DNA of 64,000 bases, taken from the NCBI GenBank assembly GCA_963721685.1, contig CAVRJJ010000001.1, forward strand, positions 303,950-367,949, written 5' to 3'. This stretch comes from an uncultured bacterium (GTDB lineage: Bacteria; Patescibacteriota; Saccharimonadia; UBA4664; SCTI01). The notes below the pieces were generated by a model. It did no database searches, was not told the DNA's origin, and worked only from the letters and a program-made list of their open reading frames with translations. Position 1 is the first letter of the stretch, and each line of letters begins with the position of its first letter. Made by a program: the position numbers and the translations under genes. Of this stretch, positions 19,443 to 29,275 are shown piece after piece.

Positions 19443-19511
19443 TGGTGGAGATGGCGGGAGTCGAACCCGCGGTACATGAGGTGTTGATCCAGTACCGAAC
19501 CTTCCATCCCC
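19443..19511 (-). ncRNA. tmRNA tRNA-like-domain-only RNA (69 nt)
   Basis: GGGGAUG/CAUCUCC acceptor with G3.U70, A73, encoded CCA; T arm GCGGG-UUCGACU-CCCGC; no D stem; stem GGUAC/GUACC encloses 16 nt. Confidence 0.75.
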
Positions 19512-19601
19512 GTACTAACCATTCATCCCACCAGAGTAGTTTTATTATTTCAATTTACTATTAAATCCATATTAATCAGCTCAAGTTTGCCTACACTTTA
19601 A

Positions 19602-19630
19602 TTGACGCGGATACCTGCCTTAGATATGAT
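19602..19630 (+). promoter_or_regulatory. Sigma70 promoter of candidate sRNA
   Basis: TTGACG-17bp-TATGAT. Confidence 0.75.
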
Positions 19631-19636
19631 TAATTC

Positions 19637-19697
19637 GTACTGGGGTGTTGATTCTCGTACTAAACAAAACAACGGCTTTTGGGCCGTTGTTTTGTTT
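19637..19697 (+). ncRNA. Candidate ~60-nt sRNA with loop complementary to the TLD RNA
   Basis: Predicted start at first base of hairpin GUAC-U-GGGG-UGUUGAU-UCUC-GUAC; ends in terminator. Confidence 0.6.
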
Positions 19698-19700
19698 AGT
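19659..19700. terminator. Bidirectional intrinsic terminator (recO / sRNA)
   Basis: Perfect 18-bp inverted repeat actaaacaaaacaacggc/gccgttgttttgtttagt, U-rich tails on both strands. Confidence 0.8.
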
Positions 19701-20415
19701 TTAAGACTTCGGCCGACCGGAACCGCTTCCCAAAAGTGTAGTCATAAAAATCATTACAAACCGGCAAGGTGGCCGAGGCGAGCACATCGGCCTGTTCAAC
19801 CCGACGGATATCTTGAAGGCCGCGGTCAAGCATCAAGCGCCATAGTTTTATTTGGTCGTGGGAAAGCGCGCGGTTGCCCTGCGCGCTACAGCCCTGATCA
19901 ACAATCCCGCCTAGCTCAGTGTTAAAGAAATAGGCGCGGTTTGCGTCGGTGATATTGCAAACAATGCAGCCGCTCAGCTCCGGACGGTACCCCAAACGGT
20001 CCAACAACTGCAGCTTAAACCACAATTCCAGAACGGTATTGGGGTCTGACAATCCAAGGTAGGCCTCTTTCACCAGATCGAACAAGCCAGGATGAGGCTC
20101 TTCGTTGATGCACAGGCGGTTGACCATCTCGGCAAACAAATAGGCCAACCGCATACGTTCATAGTCGTCTGAGGTTGAGGGATGGTGCAGCAGCCGGGCA
20201 CTAGTAATGGTGTCCATACTGCGCCCTTCGGCTAACATGAGCTCGCTATGACAAAACAGTTCTAAGTGACCGGCCAGGCGGCTTTTAATCCGCCGCACCC
20301 CTTTGGCTACCCCACGGATAACCCCCCGTTCGGGCGTGAGCAAGACTATGACCCGATCGGCCTCGCCAAAATTGTGGCGGCCAAGGATAATTGCCTGGGT
20401 TGAATAGGTTGCCAT
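19696..20415 (-). CDS. recO: DNA repair protein RecO
   Basis: GEADR, AKGVRRIKSRLAGHLE, GYRPEL..CxxC. Confidence 0.93.
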   Translation of the reverse strand: MATYSTQAIILGRHNFGEADRVIVLLTPERGVIRGVAKGVRRIKSRLAGHLELFCHSELMLAEGRSMDTITSARLLHHPSTSDDYERMRLAYLFAEMVNRLCINEEPHPGLFDLVKEAYLGLSDPNTVLELWFKLQLLDRLGYRPELSGCIVCNITDANRAYFFNTELGGIVDQGCSAQGNRALSHDQIKLWRLMLDRGLQDIRRVEQADVLASATLPVCNDFYDYTFGKRFRSAEVLN

Positions 20416-20448
20416 AGTGTTAGTTTACTAGGTTTGGACTGGAATTGG

Positions 20449-20823
20449 TTAAGCTAGCGCCTTCATTACCTTCTCAACCACTTCATCGGGGGTATGATGA
20501 GACTTAATGAGATAATCGTCAACGCCTAAGGCACGGGCCAGCTCCTGGTTCATGTCAACCTCTGCCTCGCCCAAGTTTGTTAACAGAATTACCGGAATAT
20601 TGCGCAGTTTGGGCTGCTTTTTAATTTCCTTTAGCACATGAAAGCCATTGAGCTTCGGCATAAGGATATCCAGCAAAATAATATCAGGTAGGTAACCTTC
20701 AAGCAGGTTTAAGCTTTCCTGGCCATTGTTCGCGACAACTATCTCATGACCTTCCAGCTCAAACTTTGCTTGGTACATCTCCACCAAAATGGCATCATCT
20801 TCTACTAACATTATTTTTGCCAT
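20449..20823 (-). CDS. Single-domain response regulator
   Basis: LVEDD, LLDILMP, LTN, YLIK; no output domain. Confidence 0.92.
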   Translation of the reverse strand: MAKIMLVEDDAILVEMYQAKFELEGHEIVVANNGQESLNLLEGYLPDIILLDILMPKLNGFHVLKEIKKQPKLRNIPVILLTNLGEAEVDMNQELARALGVDDYLIKSHHTPDEVVEKVMKALA

Positions 20824-20866
20824 GAATGTTTGTTCCCCTGTTTCAAGTTATTATACGCTACTCATT

Positions 20867-23254
20867 TTAATTTAATAAAGGCAGTTGTTTAGCCACAGGG
20901 AGAGAAAAACTAAAACGGCTGCCTTTGCCTTCGCGGCTGGTTACCCATATTCGTCCTCCGTGCGACTCAACCAGATTTTTTACGATATAAAGTCCCAGCC
21001 CGGTACCCCCCGCCTGCATACTCATCGGGTTATAAATGCGGCCGAACCGCTGGAAAAGGCGCTCAATATGGACGGCGGTAATGCCCACGCCCTGATCCTT
21101 AACGCTGGTGACCAACTCATTAGCATGGACCTTAAAATCTATGGTTACTTCGCTTTTCGGCAAAGAATACTTTATCGCGTTATCCACTAAGTTGGTCAGG
21201 ATTTGACGTAAACGGGTTTCATCGGCCAACACCAGCGGTAATTTTTGTTTGCGGCTGACTTTGAGCATAATTTGACGCTCAAACCCCTTTGAAGCCAGCT
21301 CGGAAACTACCTCGTTTATGACCGGCTCCATGGCAAGCGGCCCAACTTTTAAGCGGATCTTCCCGCTTTCAATATGGCTCATATCAAGGAGGTCTTCCAC
21401 CAAGCCAATCATGCGTTGGTTGGTCTGGTAGACCCGGTTCATAAAATGAAACTGCTTTTCGGTTAAAGTGCCGAAGTCTTGCTTGAGCAACATGCTGAGA
21501 AACCCTTTAATAGCGGTCAGCGGCGTGCGCAGTTCATGGGAAACAATTGAAATAAAGTCGCTTTTTACCGCTTCAATTTCCCGTTCTTTTTGAATGTTGC
21601 TGATAAGGGCAATCCCGCTGGTTACAACGTGGTCGTCATTATAAATCGGCGAGTAGCTGACTTCGGTCCAAATGGTTTGGCCGCTTTTTGACTGGATCAG
21701 TTGTTGGCGTTTAGTAACGACGTCCCCCTCATCTAATACCCGGCCGATTGGGGACATTGCAGAAAGGTCAAGGCCTTCCGGGGAAACCGTTTTAACCACA
21801 TCAATAAAACGCTTGCCCATAACTTCGTTCATGGACATACCGGTAATTTTGGCCGCGGCCGGATTAAACCCAACCACCCGGCCCTTGCGGTTAAAGACAA
21901 CAATTCCCTCTTCGGTAAATTTAAACACCGCCTCCCAGCGCTCGCGGCGGGAGTTAACTTCATTATATAGTTCCGCGTTTTCAATGAGCACCGCCAAGCG
22001 GTTCGCCACCAAACCGAGCAGCCGTTGGTCGTGGGCATCGTAAGGCCGCTGGCGGTGACTAACTACGAGGACACCCATAGACTTTGCTAAAAAGGTAACC
22101 GGAACAACTAATATATGCTCCGGGTTCATGTCTGTAGCATCCTTATCGGGAACCTGCATCTGGGCCTTCCGCCGAACAAACGCCTGAGCGATGGGACTCA
22201 CGTCGTCAAGCGGCAAACTTGGCGGGTGCTCATTGAACTCGGTGGAGGTTGCCACCCGCTTAAGACGCTGCTTCTGAGGTTCATGCAGATATATGCTGGC
22301 GTGGTTTGACTGAAGGAGCGAGTTGACCACCGTCAAATATTTTTTATAAATCTTATCAAACCGGAAACCAACAAAGTCACCCAATTCAGCCAGACTGGTA
22401 AGCTCCCGCGAATGTTTACTGGCCAACCGTGCCATTTCATTGGCTTCAATGGTTTTGTTCACCAACGAGGTCACATCCCGGGTGGTAATAATGGTGCCTT
22501 CATCGCCTTCGTTGCTATCAATCGGGCAGGCAACGAGCTGGAGATGCTGAATCCGGTCTTTAAAAGCTATTTCAGCGTAAAAAGTAACTTCACGACCTTT
22601 TTTTACCTGGCGCAGAACGTCAACAATATCCATATCCAGGAGCATTTGCTGGTTTAAGGGTGCTTCCTTGAGCGCGGTAATTATGGAGCGGTCGGTGAGC
22701 GCCTGATTAAGCTGAGGCGATCGCGAACTTATTGAGGTCACAATATTATTGGCATCCAACATAATAACGCCAATGCTATGGCTCTGCTGAACAATCCGCA
22801 TTTTTTCCTGTTCAGCGTAAACCTGTGTCTGGTCATGCAGGCTAATGAGGGTACCAATAATTGACCGGTCGGGGCTATAGTAAGGACCCAGCAAAACCTC
22901 AAGCACTGTTTGTGTGCCTGGGCGAACCAAGCTTACCACCAGCCGGCTCGAATGGCCGTGGAGCGCCTCGCGGTGGGCCGCGGCAGCGTCACCTTCAACA
23001 TGAATCGACGCGTCCGCGTAACCAAAGTCATTGAATTCCTCGATCACCTTCATCAGTGGTTGACCGATCGCTGTTTCGCTCATCCCAATAAGCCCCGACG
23101 CCGCGCTGTTGATGTACTGGATTTGGCCATCCCGGCTAACCAGAATCAACCCGTCTTGCATGCTCTCCCAAATTTGATCTACATCGAGCTTGGCGGCAAC
23201 TGGTGTTGCCATGGCGGCATCATGAAATCTCGGTTTGTGTTGCGCCATGTTCAC
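20867..23254 (-). CDS. Cytoplasmic PAS/GAF sensor histidine kinase
   Basis: SHELRTPLT, NLVDNAIKY, DQGVGI, GGTGLGL; PAS-PAS-GAF-PAS input, no obvious TM. Confidence 0.92.
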   Translation of the reverse strand: MNMAQHKPRFHDAAMATPVAAKLDVDQIWESMQDGLILVSRDGQIQYINSAASGLIGMSETAIGQPLMKVIEEFNDFGYADASIHVEGDAAAAHREALHGHSSRLVVSLVRPGTQTVLEVLLGPYYSPDRSIIGTLISLHDQTQVYAEQEKMRIVQQSHSIGVIMLDANNIVTSISSRSPQLNQALTDRSIITALKEAPLNQQMLLDMDIVDVLRQVKKGREVTFYAEIAFKDRIQHLQLVACPIDSNEGDEGTIITTRDVTSLVNKTIEANEMARLASKHSRELTSLAELGDFVGFRFDKIYKKYLTVVNSLLQSNHASIYLHEPQKQRLKRVATSTEFNEHPPSLPLDDVSPIAQAFVRRKAQMQVPDKDATDMNPEHILVVPVTFLAKSMGVLVVSHRQRPYDAHDQRLLGLVANRLAVLIENAELYNEVNSRRERWEAVFKFTEEGIVVFNRKGRVVGFNPAAAKITGMSMNEVMGKRFIDVVKTVSPEGLDLSAMSPIGRVLDEGDVVTKRQQLIQSKSGQTIWTEVSYSPIYNDDHVVTSGIALISNIQKEREIEAVKSDFISIVSHELRTPLTAIKGFLSMLLKQDFGTLTEKQFHFMNRVYQTNQRMIGLVEDLLDMSHIESGKIRLKVGPLAMEPVINEVVSELASKGFERQIMLKVSRKQKLPLVLADETRLRQILTNLVDNAIKYSLPKSEVTIDFKVHANELVTSVKDQGVGITAVHIERLFQRFGRIYNPMSMQAGGTGLGLYIVKNLVESHGGRIWVTSREGKGSRFSFSLPVAKQLPLLN

Positions 23255-23311
23255 CCATACTTAGTAGTCCTAAGGTAGCATGTGACCAGATAGCGACTCA
23301 AGCATAAGGGA

Positions 23312-23965
23312 TTAAGGAACTATCTTTGCTGTCTCTAGAATTTTATTAAATTCATTTAGGAAGTTTCGGGTTTCGGTAGAGATAACCAGGGTCTTGTCCC
23401 GAACCGGAAGTACCACCACCACGCCATTGTGCCGCTGCTGGTCAATCGCGCCCTCAAACCACGTTCCCCTAATGCCGGAAACGGTAACCGCTTTTGAGCC
23501 TAATGTTTTATTTTTTATGTTTTTCTCAAACGTCTTACTAACTGCATTCAATGATTGTTTGCGAAGCTGCAAATGAAAGGCATGGGTATTAACCGCACCC
23601 GATCCTTGGTTTACTACAACCACATCCGGATTAGCGGCCAGATCTAACTGAACGGTCGCCGAAACCCCGTTGGCCGTGTATAAACTCCAGTTTTTTGGTA
23701 TTTGAAGCTGAAAGCCTCCGTTTAACGGCTCCGCCACATAGGTACGGTAAGGCTCTTCATTGGCTTTTATATGCGCCAGGTCGTCTGCTTGCTTCTGCTT
23801 CGCGGCCGCCTCAGCCGCCGCCTTAGCGTTAAGCTGGGACAGATTGGTTTTAATGTACGTATTATCGCGGTAAGCGATTACCGCTAAAACTCCAAATAGC
23901 ACCATTCCTACACCTAAAAAGATGGTAAGGACAAGATGAAGATTAATTTCCCCGCGCTGTGTCAT
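23312..23965 (-). CDS. Membrane-anchored hypothetical protein (PsbP-like C-terminus)
   Basis: N-terminal QRG + TM, coiled coil, F.LQIPKNW. Confidence 0.55.
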   Translation of the reverse strand: MTQRGEINLHLVLTIFLGVGMVLFGVLAVIAYRDNTYIKTNLSQLNAKAAAEAAAKQKQADDLAHIKANEEPYRTYVAEPLNGGFQLQIPKNWSLYTANGVSATVQLDLAANPDVVVVNQGSGAVNTHAFHLQLRKQSLNAVSKTFEKNIKNKTLGSKAVTVSGIRGTWFEGAIDQQRHNGVVVVLPVRDKTLVISTETRNFLNEFNKILETAKIVP

Positions 23966-24193
23966 TATGCTTATGGTTATACCACAAAAGGCACGTGCCG
24001 TGCAAATATAAGATACCTTGGCACGCAGCGATTTTAAGCGCGGCTCTTAAATATGCAGTAATAGTGGCTGTAGGATACTATTATCCGGTTAAATTTATAT
24101 TAAAAGTGCTTAAATATAGTATCCTACGGCTACTATTTCCTAATATGAATGCCTGGATGGGTTGCCAAGCGTGAAGCAGGTTTACCTACACTC

Positions 24194-24679
24194 CTAAGGA
24201 TAGCGGTAGAGCCACGTATTATACGTTTTCGCAACCGGTTTGCGCGGCATTTTAAAAATATAGCTAACAACCTTTGTCGGGCGGGTTAGCTCCGATGTTA
24301 ATTTTGTATCCAAGCGGGCGGTGTACCGGTCAAGTAGGAAGGTGTAGATAACATCAGCCGGCGGCAGCAGAGTTTGCCAATAATCTCTTAAATGAATAGT
24401 AACGTTGTGGCGATACGGCCAGGTACGTATTAATGATACCAAGAATAACAGCGGGTTAATTTCGTAGCCAATGGCATGGGCACCGCGGCGGGCGGCTGCC
24501 AGCAAAATCCTGCCATCTCCTGATCCTAAATCGATAATTGTTTGTCCGGACTTTAGTTTAGCTAAATCCAGGGCCGCCTGAACGTCAGGGTTGCGGATTG
24601 GTAAGTACGGCGCGCCCATAACCGCCCCTAGCCCAAAACAGCCGACGACGGCGGTTATAAGCCAAAACCATTCGTTCAT
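24194..24679 (-). CDS. Membrane-anchored SAM-dependent methyltransferase
   Basis: GAPYLP, DLGSGDGR, GYEIN. Confidence 0.85.
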   Translation of the reverse strand: MNEWFWLITAVVGCFGLGAVMGAPYLPIRNPDVQAALDLAKLKSGQTIIDLGSGDGRILLAAARRGAHAIGYEINPLLFLVSLIRTWPYRHNVTIHLRDYWQTLLPPADVIYTFLLDRYTARLDTKLTSELTRPTKVVSYIFKMPRKPVAKTYNTWLYRYP

Positions 24680-24930
24680 AATTGCGGCGGCGGCTCAGGA
24701 CTCGTTTCATGGTCGGGGGCTGGCCCGTCAAACTTGGCCCGGATCTTTTGCACCCGGTTCTCAACAACTTGTAGCTGTTGTTTTAGTTCCTCGGTTAGCT
24801 CCATCCCCCGCTCAAACTTCGCTAAGGCCTGGTTTAAATCCACCTCTCCGGATTCAAACCATTCAGTAATTGCCTCAAGCTCTTTGAGTTTGGCGGTAAA
24901 ATCGGAGGAAGGTTTATGTTCTGCGCTCAT
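24676..24930 (-). CDS. xseB: Exodeoxyribonuclease VII small subunit
   Basis: LEAI...E.GEVDL..AL..FERG; follows xseA. Confidence 0.9.
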   Translation of the reverse strand: MSAEHKPSSDFTAKLKELEAITEWFESGEVDLNQALAKFERGMELTEELKQQLQVVENRVQKIRAKFDGPAPDHETSPEPPPQL

Positions 24931-26092
24931 GTTCCACCTTGGTTGTTAGGTTGCCTTCGGCCAATTGTACCATGAGTAAATCACCAGTCGACACTTGCTT
25001 CGCTTCCCGTAAAACTTCGTCATTATGCCTCACAATCGCGTAGCCGCGCTTCAGCGTAGCGGCCGGATTAAAGCTTGCCAGCAGCCGTTCAAGACTTACC
25101 AGCTTGTGCAGAGCTTGCGAAGTTAATAAGTGCTCAGACTGAAGCAGCCGTTGCCGAAGCGTCTGCAAGCGCGCTTGGGGAAGCCGCACAAACCGCTCGA
25201 GCCGGCCGGCATGCCGGTCAAGGACATGATGGCGCAAAGCGATCTGGCTGGTTATCGTTTGGTATAGATGGTTCTGGCGGTGAGTAATATCTTGTAAAAT
25301 CTGGTTGCGGTCGGGCACCACCAACCGCGCAGCGTCGGTGGGGGTAGCTGCCCTCAGGTCGGCGGCAAAATCCGCCAGGCTGACATCTACCTCATGCCCC
25401 ACCCCTACTAGGGTTGGCGTCCGGCTGCCCGCAATTGCCCGTGCGACATCTTCGGTGTTAAACGCCTGGAGATCCTCTAAGCTGCCGCCGCCGCGAATAA
25501 TTACTAGCACGTCCACCGGCGCGGATAGTTGGTTGAAGTGCGTCACCGCGTTCACAATTTGGACAGGGGCGGCCGCGCCTTGCACCTGCACATCAGCCAA
25601 CTGGATATCGAGCCCACCCCACCGGGACTGGATAATTTTAATAAAATCAGCGTAAGCTGCCGACTGGCCGGACGTTACAAGGCCAATCGTTCGAGGGAAC
25701 GCTGGCAGTACGCGTTTACGCTCAGCCGCGAACAGCCCCTCCTTCTCTAGTTTAGCTTTGAGCAGCTGAAAAGCCCGCTTTAGCTCCCCTTCCCCCGCTA
25801 GTGCAATGCTTTTAGCGGTAAAGCTGAATTTCCCCCAGTTGGTGATTTTCGGGACGCCGGTTACCCGCACCTTCATACCATCTTCCAGCGGTACCTTCAG
25901 CTGGTAAAGCGGCATAAAACACGGCAAGGTCGCGTCTTCATCCTTAAGATCAAAGAACACCCACTTGCCTTGGTTCACTTTAAAACTGGAAACCTCCCCT
26001 TCAACAATCACCGACGGAAAAGCAAAGTTCAGGGTTTCATTTAAAACTCCAAGAAAGGCTTTAACGCCTATGATTTGGTCGGTTGGCGGCAT
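24914..26092 (-). CDS. xseA: Exodeoxyribonuclease VII large subunit
   Basis: VEGEVS, FDLKD, RGGGSLEDL, GVGHEVD, ATPT, LKRGY. Confidence 0.95.
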   Translation of the reverse strand: MPPTDQIIGVKAFLGVLNETLNFAFPSVIVEGEVSSFKVNQGKWVFFDLKDEDATLPCFMPLYQLKVPLEDGMKVRVTGVPKITNWGKFSFTAKSIALAGEGELKRAFQLLKAKLEKEGLFAAERKRVLPAFPRTIGLVTSGQSAAYADFIKIIQSRWGGLDIQLADVQVQGAAAPVQIVNAVTHFNQLSAPVDVLVIIRGGGSLEDLQAFNTEDVARAIAGSRTPTLVGVGHEVDVSLADFAADLRAATPTDAARLVVPDRNQILQDITHRQNHLYQTITSQIALRHHVLDRHAGRLERFVRLPQARLQTLRQRLLQSEHLLTSQALHKLVSLERLLASFNPAATLKRGYAIVRHNDEVLREAKQVSTGDLLMVQLAEGNLTTKVEHERRT

Positions 26093-26145
26093 AGGTTTAT
26101 TATACGGCACTAAGCTGCTGCCCGGGGTAAGGTACAATTAAGCCC

Positions 26146-27273
26146 ATGCATTACTTAGCAATCTTGGGAAGACAGCCGGAGTTTGGCCTGGTTGAGCTTG
26201 AGTCGCTCATAGGGTCCGGAGGGTTAACCCCGTTTGGCAAGGCCGCGGCGGTACTTGACCGCGAACTGGATTTAAACCGGTTGGGCGGCACCCAAAAATT
26301 GGGGCGTGTCCTCTACCGCGGACCGGTACGCGATTTAAATGAAACTCCGCTTTCCCTTGATGACCTGCCTTTACGCACCGCCAAAACCAGTTTTGGCTTG
26401 AGTTATTACGGCTCCGGCTTTACCCAGCGATATGTTATGGCGGCCGGGCTTACGCTAAAAAAACGTTTGCGCTCAAAGGGCTCAATGCGCTTTGTCGTTC
26501 CTCAAGTTGGCACCCACTTAACGGCCGCGCAAGTCAAGTTTAATAGCTTAATTCGTGATGGGTTTGAGCTGATGGTCGCCACCCATAAAGGCGAAATGAT
26601 TATTGCCCAAACCGAGCAAATCCAGGACATCGACTGGTACGCCGTGCGAGACTACCAGCGACCTACCCGCAGCGCCTCAGTTGGCATGCTCCCGCCAAAG
26701 CTGGCCCAAATTTTAGTCAACACCACCACGGCCCCGTTGGTTTATGACCCGTTTGCCGGCACCGGCGTTATCTTACAGGAAGCACTTCTATTAGGGCGGT
26801 CGGCTCGCGGGTCAGACCTTTCACCCGAAATGATTGAGGCCACCAAAGAAAACCTCACGTGGCTCGGAACCCAACGCCCGGATTTGCGCCCGTGGTCGGT
26901 AGAGCTGGCTGACGCCCAGACCCTGGCCCTGCCCGATGAGCCGTTAGCAATCGTCAGCGAAGGTTACTTAGGTCCTAATATGAGCAAGCAGCCGATCCCA
27001 GCCGATATTACCCGTTTGCGCGCTGAGCTCGGGGAACTTTACTTGAAAAGCCTCATCAACTGGGCCAAGCAGCTGCCAAGCGGAGCTGAGGTCAGCATTA
27101 CCGTGCCCATGTGGCGGACACGGGAGGGCTGGCAGAACCTGGATATTATTGACCGTTTACCTGGTTTAGGCTATAATTTGGAAAGTTTCAAGCATGCTGA
27201 TAGCCGAAAGCTCGACTATCACCGCCCCAACCAAATTGTGGGGCGCCAGCTATTAATATTGAGGAAGCAGTAA
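26146..27273 (+). CDS. Trm11-like SAM-dependent RNA methyltransferase
   Basis: GMLPPKLAQIL, YDPFAGTGVI, GSDL. Confidence 0.75.
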   Translation: MHYLAILGRQPEFGLVELESLIGSGGLTPFGKAAAVLDRELDLNRLGGTQKLGRVLYRGPVRDLNETPLSLDDLPLRTAKTSFGLSYYGSGFTQRYVMAAGLTLKKRLRSKGSMRFVVPQVGTHLTAAQVKFNSLIRDGFELMVATHKGEMIIAQTEQIQDIDWYAVRDYQRPTRSASVGMLPPKLAQILVNTTTAPLVYDPFAGTGVILQEALLLGRSARGSDLSPEMIEATKENLTWLGTQRPDLRPWSVELADAQTLALPDEPLAIVSEGYLGPNMSKQPIPADITRLRAELGELYLKSLINWAKQLPSGAEVSITVPMWRTREGWQNLDIIDRLPGLGYNLESFKHADSRKLDYHRPNQIVGRQLLILRKQ

Positions 27274-27546
27274 ATGTCGCATACAAAAGCCGGTGGCTCG
27301 TCCAAAAATATTCATGATTCAGCGGGTAAGCGCCTAGGCGTTAAGCTGTTTGGCGGCGAAGAAGTCCGCGGCGGCAACATCATTGTCCGTCAGCGCGGTA
27401 CCCGCATGGAGCCAGGCGCGGGAACAGCCTTAGGCAGCGACCAGACCATTTACGCAACCAAAAGCGGCCACGTTTCGTTCACCCAAAAACAGGTTACCAA
27501 GTTTACCGGCCAAAAAGTCCGCCGGACGTTTGTTACTGTTAAATAA
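27274..27546 (+). CDS. rpmA: 50S ribosomal protein L27
   Basis: [28 protein letters not shown]. Confidence 0.97.
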   Translation: MSHTKAGGSSKNIHDSAGKRLGVKLFGGEEVRGGNIIVRQRGTRMEPGAGTALGSDQTIYATKSGHVSFTQKQVTKFTGQKVRRTFVTVK

Positions 27547-27564
27547 CAACCTGCCGAATCTCAC

Positions 27565-29185
27565 TCAGCTATTTGCAATAATGGCTTGAATAAATGCCCC
27601 AAATAAGGCGTTTGGTTTGCCCGGCCGTGAAGTAAATTCCGGATGGAACTGACTGGCCACGAAGAAGGGATGATTTTCTAATTCAATAACTTCCACCAGC
27701 TTATTATCCGGCGAAGTACCAACAATTTTGAGGCCAGCCCCGGCTAACTGGTCGCGATACTCGTTATTAAACTCATATCGATGGCGATGGCGCTCGTTAA
27801 TTTCATTGGTGCCGTAAGCGGCGTGGGCTTTTGACCCTTCGACTAGCTTGCAGGGATAATTACCGAGCCGCATGGTTCCACCCTTGTCCACGACTTGGCG
27901 CTGCTCATCCATCAGGGCAATTACCGGGTGCTTAGTGTCGGCATTGATCTCAGTCGTGTTGGCGCTAGAATCATTTAACGCCTCGCGCGCTACCGCGATA
28001 ACCGCCACTTGCATACCTAAGCACAAACCCAGATACGGCACCTTATGCTCGCGCGCCCAGGCAGCCGCCTTAATCTTACCCTCCACGCCCCTTGAGCCAA
28101 AGCCGCCCGGTACAATAATGCCGTCCAGCCCTTCCAGCAAGCCGTTAGGACCGTCCTGTTCAACTTTCTCGGCATCAACCCAAACAATCTCCGGTCCTCG
28201 CCCGTGGGCCCAGGCAGCCGCCTTGATGGCCTCGGTTACGCTCATATAGGTATCCTCATGGTCCATATACTTGGCCACAATGCCAATCCGGACAGGAGGT
28301 TTAGCCGAATCAAAAATGATATCATTGAGTTTTTGCCAGGAGGATATGTCGGCTTTCTCGGTAGTAATGCCAAACCGTTTGCACGCATAATCAGCAATGC
28401 CGCTGGCTTCTAGGGTTAATGGTACTTGGTACACACTTTTAGCGGTGGGCAACGCCACAATTGCTTCTTTATCCAAATCGCAGAACAAGCTAATTTTGGT
28501 TAGCACATGGTCGCTGACCTCGCGCTCGGCCCGGGCAAAAATAATATCGGTCGGAACGCCAGCTGCCCTAAGGTCTCGAACGGTGTTCTGAGCCGGTTTG
28601 GTTTTTAATTCTTTGCTAGCTTCCAAGTAAGGCAAGTACACCACATGGGCGTTTAACACATTTTCAGCGCCCACCCGGCGCCGGAACTGGCGAATCGCGT
28701 CAAGAAAAGCCAGGCTTTCATAGTCACCAACGGTTCCCCCAATCTCCACAATATGCACATCAAAACCCTTACCCGCGGCTTCAATGCGGGCTTGGATGGC
28801 ATCGGTAACATGAGGAATAATTTGAACAGTTTTACCCAGGTACCGTCCGCTGCGTTCATCAGCAATTAATTGAGCGTAAATTTGACCGTTCATAACTGAG
28901 CTGCTGCGAGTTAGTTCAGCGTCCAAAAAGCGTTCATAGTGACCCAGATCTAAATCGGTTTCGGCGCCATCTTTGGTAACGAAAACCTCACCGTGTTCAG
29001 CCGGGTTAAGGGTTCCCGCGTCGGTGTTGAGGTAAGGGTCACATTTCATAATGTTAACCTTTAAGCCCGCGTGCTTTCAGGAGTGAACCAAGTGCCGCTC
29101 CGGTAATGCCTTTACCTAGTCCGGATAATACCCCGCCGGTTACAAACAGGTATTTGGTTGGACTGGTTGTTTGAGGTTCTGCCAC
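27565..29185 (-). CDS. pyrG: CTP synthase (one apparent extra base near 29060-29072)
   Basis: [16 protein letters not shown] in one frame, then [35 protein letters not shown]. Confidence 0.95.
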
Positions 29186-29275
29186 ACCTGTCTCCTTTGG
29201 CCACCATAAGCAGTAATTACTCTATCTATACTACTGTACCAGGTTGAATGCGACAAGCCGGGCTCGCATCAATTA

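Noticed and set aside
19443-19470. tmRNA/tRNA 3' fragment as attachment-site scar of an integrated element
   Set aside because: The 5' acceptor strand and central stem are intact, and no integrase or island borders it.
19443-19511. Canonical tRNA or T-box leader of glyQS
   Set aside because: No D stem or standard anticodon arm; no T-box sequence or Gly specifier; glyQS has its own -10 downstream.
19661-19703. Tag-peptide ORF (NKTTAFGPLFCLV) in the plus-strand sRNA
   Set aside because: Most of it is the terminator inverted repeat and its stop lies beyond the likely 3' end; it does not resemble ssrA tags.
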